Below are positions 41,985 to 54,558 of a DNA stretch of 64,000 bases, one piece after another. Position numbers and translations under genes: made by a program. The stretch covers positions 62,001-126,000 of the forward strand of contig JAQGDQ010000286.1 of assembly GCA_030141605.1 (NCBI GenBank), given 5' to 3'. The number at the start of each line of letters is the position of its first letter. The first letter of the stretch is position 1. The notes under the pieces were generated by a model. That model was not told the origin of the DNA. It searched no databases and saw nothing but the letters and a program-made list of their open reading frames with translations. The DNA comes from Tubiluchus corallicola. Lineage: Eukaryota > Animalia > Priapulida.

Positions 41985-42348
41985 ATGGCTATGATGATGA
42001 TGATGACGATGATAATGATGACGAGGACGACGATGATGATGATTGTGGTGATGGTGGTGGTGCTGATGATGATGATGATGTCGACAATGATGAAAACAAC
42101 GACAACGACAATGACGACGACGATGATGATGATGATGGCGGTGGTAGTGGTGGTGATGATGACGATGATGATAATGACGATGACGAGGACGATGATGATG
42201 ATGGTGGTGGTGGTGGTGATGATGACGATGATGATGATGACGACGAGGACGATCATGATGATAGTAATGATGGTGGTGGTGGTGGTGGTGGTGGTAATGA
42301 TGATGACCATGACGACGACGACGACGATGATGGTGATGATGATGATTT
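41985..42348. repeat. (GAT/GAC/GGT)n mixed trinucleotide array
   Basis: Directly visible. Confidence 0.97.
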
Positions 42349-42676
42349 GAACAAAAACCCGAAGAAATTTGTGCATTTTATATTTACAGAAACCCGTCTA
42401 CTTGTAGTTTCGCTGCATCAGCCCTATACAAGATTCAGTTCAATTAATCTCTGTTACATTTAGCCCAGTAATTAGCCACGCCCATTCTGTATGGCTTCCC
42501 AGGCCATTGAAAGTCTGTATGAGCTGCAGTCGAGTAATCCTCTCTGTGACAGAGAAGCCAGACAAACACAAGCTGCTTATGGCTGATTAGTTTTCACCTG
42601 TACTTTTCAGACTTACTTTGGCTTCCTAACGCAGCTGTAGGTAATGCTATACCTTCAAGGTAACGCCCGAGTCTTC

Positions 42677-42970
42677 TTGAATTTTTGTAAATTACCACTT
42701 ACATGCTGTCTTATTGCGTACAAAGCTTGCAAGAGCAGTAACGCTGTATAAAACTTGTAAATTTAAACTTTTGCGACAACCGTTACGCACAGATATTCTA
42801 ACGATAAGTCGTTTAAAACAAGTGTAGTTAGCATTACGTAAAGTTTGAAAACGTAATCAGGGCATTTGTGGCGCCCTCTTCAGTGACTGAAACAAAACTT
42901 TAAATTATTTTATATTGTCAATAAGATCAATAATGTATTTTGTTGGAAGGTGATACAGTGACGTTTGCCC
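42677..42970 (+). mobile_element. Dispersed repeat family B
   Basis: GCAGTAACGCTGTATAAAAC...TTGTCAATAAGAT, collinear with 28680-28987. Confidence 0.75.
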
Positions 42971-43302
42971 AATGATTTTGCCAACGTGCATTACTGGATT
43001 TCTTCACATGATGAATTTTCATGATATTTTTGATTCTTATCACTTATTCTTGCTTCTTTCCTCCACAAACGTCAAGATCTGTTACAGCTTGAACAATTAA
43101 ATTCCCTGCACGCGGTTCCCGTGTGGTTCCTTTTATATGGTGACTGTAAATCATGATTATATGGTCATCATATAATAAGCCGCATGTATAAATAAATTGC
43201 AAGGATTAAGTGCTTGTGGCGTACTAGCTGAAAATGCGCGACAGTATTGCGTTGGTTTTTATCATTGGGAAATTCTAAATGAGGCCGCATTTTGATTTTG
43301 CA

Positions 43303-44071
43303 GGCACACGAAAAGATGGCACAGGAAAAGAATGTATGGTAAAAGTGGCACAGGAAAAAATGGCACGGTAAAACTGGCACAGGAAAAGATTGCACGGTAA
43401 AAGTGGCACAGGAAAAAATGGCTCACGAAAAGATGGCATGGTAAAAGTGGCACAGGAAAAGATTGCACGGTAAAAGTGGCACAGGAAAAAATGGCTCACG
43501 AGAAGACGGCACGGTAATAGGGCACAGGAAAAGATGGCACGGTAAAAGGGCACAGGAAAAGATGGCACGGTAAAAGGGCACAGGAAAAGATGGCACGGTA
43601 AAAGTGGCAGAGGAAAAAAATGGCACAGGAAAACATAGCACAGTAAAAGTGGCACAGGAAAAAAATAGCACAGGTAAAAATGCCGCAGGAAAAAGTGGCA
43701 CAAATGTACAAATGAAAAAGCGGGTAAGATGTATAGATTTTATCCTGTGCCATTTCTTTTCATATGCCATTTTTCCTGTGTCATTTTTACTTATGCCATT
43801 TTTAAAAGTAGGTAAAAATGTATTGATTTTCCGGTGCCATTTTTACTCGTGCTATTCTTAAAAGTAGGTAAACATGTATTTATTGTTCCTGTGTCATTTT
43901 AGCTGTGCCATTTTTTCTGTGCCATTTTCACTTGTGCCATTTTTACTTGTGCCATTTTTTCCTGTGCTGTTTTTCTTGTGCCATTTTCCTATGCCATTTT
44001 TCCTGCGCCATTTTTACTTGTGATATTTTTCATGTGCTATTTTTACTTGTGCCACTTGTACCTACATTTCC
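43303..44071. mobile_element. Foldback-type element with inverted arrays of short subrepeats
   Basis: Left arm is (GGCACAGGAAAAAATGGCACGGTAAAAGT)n at 43303-43702. Right arm is (GTGCCATTTTTTCCT/GTGCCATTTTTACTT)n at ~43745-44060, the reverse complement. Confidence 0.85.
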
Positions 44072-44892
44072 ATTTGTGCTATTTGTAAAAATTCTAAAGC
44101 CAGAATTAAGCCCACATAGATGAATGATATTCTGATACTTAAAAAAAATTAAAATGAGTTTTAATTTTAAAATTAAATTAAATAGAATTAAAATTAAAAT
44201 AAATTCCTGGTATTTTATCATAAAATATACTGTTACTAGTAATACGTGACTTTTCACAGTAAATTTATTTCACTTAACCTCAGGAAGCCCCTCTGTTGGC
44301 GGGCAGAGGTCGCTGGGCAGCGGTACATAACGCGCATGCGTTAATCTCGCATTGTTCCACGTGAATACTTTAACTTTTTCAAACTTATAAACTGAACTAC
44401 ACGATGTAGGGAACATTTTTTCTAAACTAAGAAATTTTGAAAAACGCTTTTAAATATCTTTTATTTTATTTTAATTCTGTTTCCAAATCTGTAAGAAACG
44501 AGTAAAAACCTTGTAAACCGGAAAATCTTACTTTGCAACATGACGCCAGGCAGTGATAAAATTAAGTATTTAATAATTAGCAGACTTATAAGGTTAGTTC
44601 CATATAAATGGGAACACTTTTCTAAACTAATAACTTATGAATTTTTTATAGACGCATGTATGTATAAGAATCTTAGTAAACATGAAGCTTCACTAGACGT
44701 AGACTTTTTAAGACAATATTTTAATTCTATTTAGTTTTAGTCAAATGTTTTTGTCATGAGCTAAAACTACATCTACGGTAAGTATGTCATCTATGATAAG
44801 CGCTCTTAAATTGTTAGTACATACTATAGTATCATCTTAATTGCTATTGCGTTGTATGGTCTATCAGCCTTTCCAATTTATAGTTAATCACT

Positions 44893-44895
<3 letters not shown>

Positions 44896-44980
<85 letters not shown>
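44896..44980. repeat. (TC)n microsatellite
   Basis: Directly visible. Confidence 0.98.
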
Positions 44981-44982
<2 letters not shown>

Positions 44983-47189
44983 CCATCTCTCTCCCTATCT
45001 TTCATTCTTCTGTTCTCTATCTCTTTTACTCTGCTACCTTCCTTTAGAAAATACTTGCCTTTTACCTAACTTGAGAACTCCGAGGTACAAGGTTTATAAC
45101 AATGTGCATAATTTTGTACAGGTTGATAAATACGATCAAATATATTTACGGCTTAACACACCACAAGTAGTTGCTTTACATCATACTATAAACCGAGGCA
45201 TGTGCAGGTCGTTGTCTGTAAATTAATTATTTATTATGTATATCACTTACATACATTTTTGTAAACCACTTGATTTGCAAGCAACGTGGTTAGTAACACA
45301 ATGTTTAAAAATCACACGCATGCGCACTTGATTAATCAACTGAATGACCAACCAGAAAAACAAAAACCGACCAACCCAAAATAGTTAGCAGACGTATTCT
45401 CAGATACGCTTCCACGTTTCCAGATTATCACATTTACTGTAAACATTTCACGTTCCTTCATACTTTTGTGTTGTAGAATTCTCGTATAATAAACTAGTTT
45501 AATTTGACGATGTGGTTTTTATTTTCTCTACGAGCCTTCCGAGAGAAACAAAATACAACAGTATGACAGGTGTAGCTGGCCAAATGAAGCATTGTCCAGA
45601 TTAAACCCAGGCATGGTTAAACAAATTTTTGTCACATTATGAAAACAGTCAGCATTATTTAAGCATTATGTTGTTTTTTATATGTGCCTATATTTTAATG
45701 TTAAAACATTACTGAGAAGTGTGGTAATAATCCTTGATCTTTCTGAATCTAATATTTTTGCTGATGGTGGGGGGGGGAGGGGAATTTCGCCAAGCATCTC
45801 GTTGGTCACGTGACAACGGGCACTCACCTGTGCAGATCTGTTTCTACCTGATCTACCTGTGTGAGTTAGTTGGTAGACGTTAACAGGCTTCTTTAAAAGT
45901 TGTTTCACAGTATGATAGTGCCATAATTTGACAGATGTATTGGTAAATACTAGATTTGCTTTATGAAGACATACGATGTAAGTAAATGCATCATTTTGTA
46001 TTATTTTTAATTATTATGAAGTGATCACTTTGAACATTTTAGTTTAATGAATGACAATCTTATAAATTCGATAGAACGTGGTATAAATTAGTAAAATTAC
46101 CAAATTAGGTTTATTTAATGCGTGATTTTGTGTTTAGTAAAGTCTAGAACTACAGAATTAAATGCAAATTTCTAAAATGGCCTTTTTTATTTTTTTTTAA
46201 TAGAAATGACGTATAAAGCACTACAATATTTTGTTGGAAAATGGCAGACATTGATTGTAGTTGTTTTCCAGTGTTTATATTATTGTTGATTTTCGATGGT
46301 CTGGATTGTCACACGCTACAATAATATTAGCAACCAGACGAATGCATGCATTGTGATTGCATGGACCTTTTTTGATGTTAATTTAGTTTTCAATTATTGA
46401 CACTGTGCTGCCACCTGTTTGTTGATTTAGTAAGCTTTTTACTTTTTACAGTAGTCACTCTTTTGAAATTGGAGCACCTAATATCCTTCAATACATTAGC
46501 ATTTTGGCCTTTCGTGAGCTATAACTGTTAGTAGTTGTATGACATTTTACCCGTCTTTTGGTTCTCTCCGCCATTGCTCTATTTTTCTAACTGTGATGAG
46601 AATTATGACTGTGAATTTCTTACGAATTTATTGTAGTGACATTGTTGTTCTTAAGGCAACTTGGAGTTCTCATTCCTGTCTTTGTAACTGTTAAAGGCTC
46701 TAACAACGTAAGTTAATGTTAATTAATTTCAATATAGTCTACATAATTTTTATATCAGTTCTTAGTTATAGCAATACATTTAATCAACCAACTAATTTTC
46801 TTCTACTCAATGCAAGTTAAACTAAATGTTAATAATTGTATTTCAGAATAAAGAAACTTTTGGTCAACACGTTAAACTGGTGTTTTGTATCCATTTCATG
46901 CATAATAAAGTAGTGTATTTATTAAACTAATTAGGAACTTAAACAAAGAACATCAGGACAGCAAGACAGTCTAGAATGCAGAACGGGGCTAAGCAATCAC
47001 CGAGATCTTTGATCAACACAAGCCACGTCTATGGTATTGTTACATGGATGTTTTTTGTCCAATGGAAACTCGGATATTGCTTTTGGTGGGGCAGATTGTG
47101 CCTAAAATTGACGGCTGGTTGCAGTTATACTTGGAAATAAAGTTTTAAAAGGCAGGAAAACTCAGTTCGTGAATAAAGCACATATGCGC

Positions 47190-47500
47190 CTTGAAATTTT
47201 GCATCGTCTACATGCCGTCTTATTGCACGCAAAACTTGCGTCAGCAGTAACGCTGTATAAAACCTAAAAACTTAAACCATTAGACGCAGCAGTTTTTAAA
47301 AATCCTTTGAAACAAGTTTAAACAACGTTACGTAATATTAATCACTTTATAAGTATTCCTAGCACACATTTCCCACTAACTGAGCAAAAGTTTTAATTAC
47401 TTTATATTGTCAATAAGATTAATCATATGTGAGCCATCGATGCACACTGGGAAGGTGACTCTGTGACGTTTTACCCGTCTGGAGTGGTGATACAGTAAAG
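47190..47500 (+). mobile_element. Dispersed repeat family B
   Basis: TACATGCCGTCTTATTGC...CAGCAGTAACGCTGTATAAAAC...TTGTCAATAAGATT. Confidence 0.7.
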
Positions 47501-47678
47501 TTTTATCAATTGGCAAGAACATTTTAAGTTACTAAAATTTTTCTTTGTTAACTAGGTAAGTCTCTCTACGGGGCACACGTAATATAATTATAATATTAAT
47601 AATGTAATATAATTGTAATATTAGAGAATCATAAAAATTAAAATACTAACAAGTCCAGTGAAGATAACGTATGGCAGG

Positions 47679-47817
47679 TGTAGCAGGGCTAGTTTAGTCT
47701 GGGCTAGAGCATTCCCAGGGGGTTAAACTGTCCTAGGCCTAACTATTCCTGGGGGGGAGAATAGCCTAGGCTAGACTAAACCGGGGGTGGGGGGTGGAAT
47801 AGCCCGAGCCTTGCTAT
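47679..47817. mobile_element. ~140-bp palindromic MITE
   Basis: Termini TGTAGCAGGGC and GCCTTGCTATA are imperfect inverted repeats, with internal CTAGG/CCTAG symmetry. A left-truncated copy lies at 52811-52945. Confidence 0.65.
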
Positions 47818-49443
47818 AATTCTTCAGGCCAAAATATACCCAACTTGTGAAAAGATTCAGGGAGACTGATCCTGAAATCATGGCCACAGCGAATCTATTT
47901 AGTTGTAACATCATAACCCACCCAAAAGTCGGTGACTCTGTAGACATCCGCCTCACCCCCCCCTCACCCGTTCCAGACATCCCACCTCGCACGCCTATGT
48001 ACATTCAAACTAGGCCTGATAAACAAAGATTCTGAACGAAAAATAGAACAAAAAGGCGAACAGAAAGCCTCAAAAAAGAGAACGTTCCAAATTTTTCACA
48101 TTAGAGAATCTAACAATCTAACTAAACACACTTTTAAGCTTGTAAAACTGGTAATTTAGAATTTGTGGATTTATCGAAGAGTTTTCCAGAGTTATAAATG
48201 TAATTTTGCAATAGACAGTTTACTGAGAACTACTTTAAACAGTAAGTGTAATGAATGCTATTTTCAAAAACATAATATTGCTGATCGGTTACTTTTAAGT
48301 TATCTGATGAGTTTTAATTCAGGCTGTTCAGAAATGGTGATAATGATGGTAACACAAAAGATATTATTACTATTATTGTTGTTGTTGTTGTTGTTGTCGT
48401 CAAAGGAGGAGGAGGACGGTGGTGATAATGATCATTTTTTCTCATGCAGCAAGAAAGTTTCACAATGAAACTGCGCAGTTTTTTCCACGCGTCCAATTAC
48501 CTGCAGTTACATTGCGAGTTTTGTACTGTATAAGAGTGTTTAAGTTAAGTTATACCTGCGATTAATACTGTTAGTCAATGTAATTTCAGACCTGTTTATT
48601 TTATTTTTTAGTAAAAGTTCTACCAACCACTGTAAAATATGAAAATATACAAATATAATATAAATATATGTGTGTATTATATATCTTTTTTATGAATATA
48701 ACTATCGATGTTTCAAAACACAAAATCGACAGTCTGTTAAAAGAAAGATCAAATCATATAATTCTATGCTGGAATAATAATAATGTATTTGAAGTATCAC
48801 ATGTATTTGAAGTAATAATTGGTTAGATACACATAAGAATGAAGTCCGCAAATATTTCTCACGCAAACGGAGTATGCAGTAATTCTATCATGCAGCAAAG
48901 TTTCTCACGAAGAGGACGCATAGCTTTTAGTTGGCACTAAAATACCTCACGAGGAGGCATTCTGCTGCTCACTGTGAAATGGGCCTTAGGACCTGCATGA
49001 TCACTGGGGCAGTGTAGTCTAGCACTCTGAAATGGGGCTTAGGACCTGCATGATAACTGGGGCATTGTAGTCTAGCACTCTCGTCGGACAAATCAAGTGT
49101 CAATGGATCTAGTCAAAGTTGTGTCATGACGCTCTCACGCTTGATTTTTTTTAAACTTGGTTTAAATTCAACACACTGGCATATGCAGATTTATTTCTTT
49201 TTTTGTCTATAACGCATACGCATTCCAGATGTCTGGTAAACACAACTTAAGAATACGTTAATAATTTAATAAATTTATCGTGACAGATTTGCAAACGCAA
49301 GAAATCTGTTTAGACATTATTTTGCAAACTCTTTTGCAATCCGAAATTTCATTTTATTTTCATATTTAATTACTACTTAATTACTGTTGCAAAATTTGTT
49401 TTTGCAGTTCATCTTCCTCTTGAAAGTACTTACAATACGCACA

Positions 49444-49536
49444 ATGAATGTGGTTTCACTGATGGTTTTACTAGCACTGTGTGTCTTGGTTACTCTGGAA
49501 GGTACAAATGCAGGCAGTGAAACAGAAAATAACGAG
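49444..49536 (+). CDS. Lectin copy 1, first coding exon (signal peptide)
   Basis: Acceptor TTTTGCAG at 49407, ATG at 49444, donor GAG|GTAAAC; 31 codons, phase 0. Confidence 0.85.
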
Positions 49537-52499
49537 GTAAACATGTACGTTAAAGCAAAGCCAATATTAAATTGTAGGACAAAACAATCTACTCTTTAAA
49601 ATATTTAAAGGAAACACATTATTTTTCCAAAAATGGCTGACGTGAAAGAAGTATTGCCACACAAAGACAATTTAGCATTCGTGCTACCAGTTCTTCACTG
49701 TTACATGCATTCCGCCATTTGCTAGTTAGATGAGCACTAGCGCGTGTATTTCGGAAACGCATTGCACAAAAACAGGTGCTGTACCTCTCAGTTCAGATAT
49801 ATTTTTAGTTTGTGACGAACTGCACACTTTCGACAGCTCGTGCGTGGGTACGGCGGTAAATTTGAAATTTGAATTTTTATCTTAAAATTTGCCTAGTTTT
49901 AGTACATCACACTGAATATCTTATAGTAGCACTGTACTTCAATTTTCGCTTTTACAAATAAGTACAAAACGCTCGTGGAATACTTCTGCTGTTGAAAATT
50001 ACGTTAGTTTGTGATGTCATCAACAGTTGGGCTCACTCGCCATTAATTAAGATTTTAATCTATTATTTAATTATAAGAAACGCCTTTTGCAGTATTAATT
50101 GTGTTAAAATGTATACTTTTATCGTACTTTAAAATGGGGCAGGATTTGAAAAATCATCCTGTCTTTCTTTAATGCAAACCATTATTCGTTTTACACTTAG
50201 TATTGCTAGTAAATTAAGAAATAATTAACTATTAACAGTTTGCTTGAGGTTTCCACAAAAAATTATTTCTTTTAAATGTGTTTATTTACATGCTCTTTTG
50301 CAAAATATGTGTTACTTGGTATTCTTAAAGAAAACCAATACTTAAATAAATATGATAGCCAGAACTCAGTTAAGCAAAGACATGGTTTCATTCACGCACA
50401 AACATCTGCAACGTTTCCACACAGCTATTTGGGCTTTCAAAAACCACATAGAAATTCGAAGCCTCGATTAAATTTTGCTCTTTCTTTGCTCTTTATTACC
50501 CAAAACATGTCATACCCTCTAAACATAATAAGAAATTAGTGCCAAAAAATAACAAATAAACAGAAAATAACAATAGCAAAAAGTCAATTTTACATAATTA
50601 AGAGTTATGCACTGCGCTGTCGTATTAATTAATACCTAGCTGTTATTTTAAACTAAATTTAAGTTTTTAAAGTAATTAGAGGATACGAATACGTTGTTAG
50701 GCCCACATCGTCACTTCACAGTAGGCCTCTGACTCAGATCCAATTAATCACGTGATTAGGCCAAAAATCGCCACAAGGTGGCCAAAGCTGACAACAAGCG
50801 AAGGCTGCTACGCTAATGCAAGATTTCCAGTATAAGAGTTATGGTCACGTTCACTCGAAAATCCACTTAATAAAAATACAAAAATTAACTGTGTGAGAAG
50901 TAAAAAACAAACAACACATTGTAAACTTACATAATCGTGTGATCGATGTTTGTTGAAACATTTCTGAAACAATAAACTACCTAATGTCATTATCTGTTTG
51001 TCTAACTACCTAATGCGCCATGAGCTTCTGCGCATAAGGATTACATCATCAATCTTTACTTCTGAGCCAGCCGCTCGAACATCAGCTGGTCACGTGAAGC
51101 CACACCTAACCAGGCTTCTATCCACGACGACAGTTTAATCTTGCATCGTCAAACATTTAATCTTGAATTATTAATTTAATAATTTCATCACCAATTTAAT
51201 CTAAATCATTATTTAACACAGCTTTCCTTTACACTTTTCTTATAAACGAGAATTAGTTTTTCTCTAGTCTAGGACAAATACAACTTGTTGTCCAAGCGGA
51301 GGAATGTTCTACAATGGACATTGTTACCGGTTTTACATAACTCCAAAACTGCACTGGTGGAAAGCTAGAATGTGGTGCAAGAGGCTAGGTGCTGACCTGC
51401 CATCTGTAACGACTCCTGCTGAACATAATTTTTTGACTAAGCACGTTAAAGCCAGACCTGGCAAGTTATTTGGTTCAAGTTTTGCTGTGTTGCGTGTGAT
51501 ATGTGTTACTGCTATGTTAAATTTAGATGTATTTTCTGTCTCCTTGGTGTTTTTACGATGCGTTGTATGTTTGCGGATAGCCTGGCAAAGTGAAGCAGTT
51601 ATTTTATCAATACTAGCACAAAACCCCTTAAATTTTGTAAATTAACGCTTAGATTAAATAATAATTAGCGCGGATAGTTAAATTTTGTTAAACTTTCAAA
51701 TCTAAGCGCGTCTTCATGAATCTACTAAGATTGGCAACGGCGCCTTTTTGTCACATTCGTGTGACCGACAGATAGACGGCGGCACCGTGATAACCATGAT
51801 CATAAACTGCATTGTTAGTTTCTAGGGTCATATGACGTAGAGCCCATTTTCGTGGCATCACGCGTATAAGCAGTACCGTAACAGTTACGCTTGACGTGCA
51901 AGGGAAGATGCATGTTATTGCACAAACTGTGGTTAGTTTCTGTCGTAAGCAATAGCTGTGTTTGGTTGCCGTTAATTAATTTTCTAAGCTAATTATTCAA
52001 ATGTAAGGTACAATTGCTAACTTTTATAGGCAAGAAAATGTATACTTTGTACAGTTAATTAAAATGAGATGGAGTCTAGACAATCGTCCAGTCTTCGTTT
52101 AAATACAGTAGCAGTTAAAATGAGTATGGAATGGTGACGTGTTGTGCTTGTGACACATGTAATGTGGATATTCGGTACCCAGAACGGCTAGAAGAAGTAC
52201 GACTTCTTTTAAGGATAAAATTCCAACTAGTCGTTGATTCTGTTTAATAATGAAGTGACCTTGACCTTTCTTTAGAAATGTATAATCCCTGGCTTGGTGG
52301 GACAGATCAACACAAAGAAGATAACTGGATATGGATTTCTAATGGTCAGCCGTTCATATACACCAATTGGGCAGGGAATACTCCTGACAACGGGCAAGGA
52401 AATGAACACTGTTTACAATTGCATAAAGGAAGTTACCAATGGAATGATATCAATTGTGTCGTAGAGCTGTCATTCATTTGTAAATCCATTGCAGATTAA
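49444..52499 (+). CDS. Secreted C-type lectin domain protein, copy 1 (perlucin-like, 169 aa); exons 49444-49536, 51268-51460, 52276-52499
   Basis: Signal peptide MNVVSLMVLLALCVLVTLEG. CTLD hallmarks CP..GHCY, W..AR.WC, L.SV...AEH.FL, WLGG.D...E..W.W, YTNW, E.C, WND..C, FICK. Intron phases 0 and 1 join in frame. Confidence 0.92.
49550..50172 (+). mobile_element. Kolobok-like MITE family A in lectin intron
   Basis: TTAA-AGCAAAG...CATCCTGTCTTTCT-TTAA, inserted 13 nt after the splice donor. Confidence 0.85.
51268..51460 (+). CDS. Lectin copy 1, second coding exon (CTLD N-half)
   Basis: Acceptor TTTTTCTCTAG; SRTNTTCCPSGGMFYNGHCY...KHVKARP; inferred donor CTG|GCAAGT (GC), phase 1. Confidence 0.88.
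52276..52499 (+). CDS. Lectin copy 1, last coding exon (CTLD C-half)
   Basis: Acceptor CCTTTCTTTAG; (E)MYNPWLGGTD...TPDN...EHC...WNDINC...FICKSIAD*. ATTAAA at ~52634 is a possible polyA signal. Confidence 0.93.
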
Positions 52500-54465
52500 T
52501 TTGAAGTTTTAAAGTCTGAAAAATTTTAGTTTGATGTAATTAATTAATTAGTTAATTAGATTGATTTGATTTTTTTATTAGTTTATAAATTTGTTTATTA
52601 TTTGTTACATTTTATTCTGCTACGTATTTGCAGATTAAAAAAACATTAATGCAGTAAGACATGAACCGAGCAGATTGTATAATTTGTACAAAGTTTACAA
52701 TTCCTCACACAGAAGAAATCAGTTCGTAAACCGGATTATAATTCCAGCTCTAGCTCTGACTCCAAAAATTTTAGAAGATCAAACTCCGAATCCTCAAAAT
52801 CTAGAAAATCCAGGTCTAGTTTAGTCTAGGCTAGAGTGTTCCCCGGGGGGTTAAACTGTGCTAGGCCTAACTATTCCCAGGGAGGGGGATAATAGCCTAG
52901 GCTAGACTATACGGGAGTGGGTGGAATAGCATGGGCCTTGCTATAATTCTCCAGGCCAAAATATACCCCAATTGTGAAAAGTTTCTGGAGACTGATCCTG
53001 AAATCATGACCACAGCGAATCTGCATAGTTGTAACATCATAACCCACCCAAAAGTCGGTGATTCTATAGGCATCTGCCTCACCCCCCGTTCCTGGCATCC
53101 CACCTCGCACGCCTATGTGCTTTCAACCTAGGCCTGATAAGCAAAGATTCTGAACGAAAAATGGAACAAAAAGGCGAACAGAAGGCTTCAAAAAAAGAAC
53201 GTTCCAAATTTTTCACAGTAGAAAATCCAACAATCATGTTTTCATCTAAACACACTTAAACTTGTAAGACTGGTAATTTAGAATTTGTGGATTTATCGAA
53301 GAGTTTTCCAGAGTTACAAATGTAATTGCAATAGACAGTTTACTGAGAACGACTTTAAACTGTAAGTGTAATAAATGTTATTTTCAAAAACATAATATTG
53401 CTGATCAGTTATCCTTTAAGTTATCTGATGAGTTTTAATTCAGGTTGTTCAGTAACGGTGATAATGATGGTAATGCAAAAGATATTGTTATTGTTATTGT
53501 TGTTGTTGTTGCTGTTGTTGTGGTTGATGTCGTCAAAGGAGGAGGAGGACGGTGGTGATAATGATGATTTTTTTTTCATGGAGTAAGAAAGTTCGTTTCA
53601 CAATGGAACTGCACAGTTTTTTTCCACGCGTCCATTTACTTGCAGTTACATTGCGAGTTTTGTACTGTATAAGAGTGTCTAAGTTAAATTATACCTGCAA
53701 TTAATACTGTTACTCAATGTAATTTCAGACCTGTTTATTTTATTTTTAGTAAAAGTTCTACCAACGTCTGTAAAATATGAAAATATACAAGTATAAAATA
53801 AATAAAATATAATGTGTGTGTTATATATCTTTTTTATGAATATAACCATCGATCTTGCAAAACACAAAATCGTCAGTCTGTTAAAAGAAAGATCAAATCA
53901 TATAATTCTATGCTGGAATAATATTAATAATGTATTTGAAGTATTACATGTATATGAAGTAATAATTGGTTAGATAAAGAATGAAGTCCGCAAAGATTTC
54001 TCACGCAAATGGAGTATATGCAGTAATTCTATCATGCAGCAAAGTTTTCTCACGAGGCGGACGCATAGATTTTAGTTGGCAGTAAAATATCTCATTAGGA
54101 GGCATTCTGCTGCTCACTGTGAAATGGGCCTTAGGACCTGCATGGTCATTGGGGCATTGTAGTCTAGCACTCTCGTCGGACAAATCAAATGTCAATGGAT
54201 CTAGTCAAAGTTGTGTCATGATTTTTGTCTGTAACGCATACGCATTCCAGATGTCTGGTAAACGCATCTCAAGAAGATGTGAATAATTTAACAAATATAT
54301 CGTGACAGATTTGCACACGCAAGAAATCTATTTAGTCATTATTTTGCAAACTCTTTTGCAATCTGAAATTTCATTTTATTTTCATATTTAATTACTACTT
54401 AATAACTGTTGCAAAATTTGTTTTTGCAGTTCATCTTCCTCTTAACAGTACTTACAATATGCACA

Positions 54466-54558
54466 ATGAATGTGGTTTCACTGATGGTTTTACTAGTACT
54501 GTGTGTCTTGGTTACTCTGGAAGGTACAAATGCAGGCAGTGAAATAGAAAATAACGAG
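54466..54558 (+). CDS. Lectin copy 2, first coding exon (signal peptide)
   Basis: MNVVSLMVLLVLCVLVTLEGTNAGSEIENNE|GTAAAC. Confidence 0.85.

Larger units (their letters stand above)
47684..52810 (+). repeat. Tandem segmental duplication unit 1 (~5.1 kb, contains lectin gene 1)
   Basis: Collinear with 52811-58176 throughout, apart from indels. Confidence 0.95.

Noticed and set aside
49104-49115. 12-nt match to the miR-279 5' end (TGACTAGATCCA on the minus strand; also at ~54196)
   Set aside because: The match stops after 12 nt, there is no precursor hairpin, and the site is upstream of the CDS; compatible with chance.
49200-49240. Possible non-coding first exon ending CTG|GTAAAC upstream of the lectin ATG exon
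   Set aside because: Plausible, since an acceptor precedes the ATG in both copies, but the boundaries and promoter cannot be supported from sequence alone.
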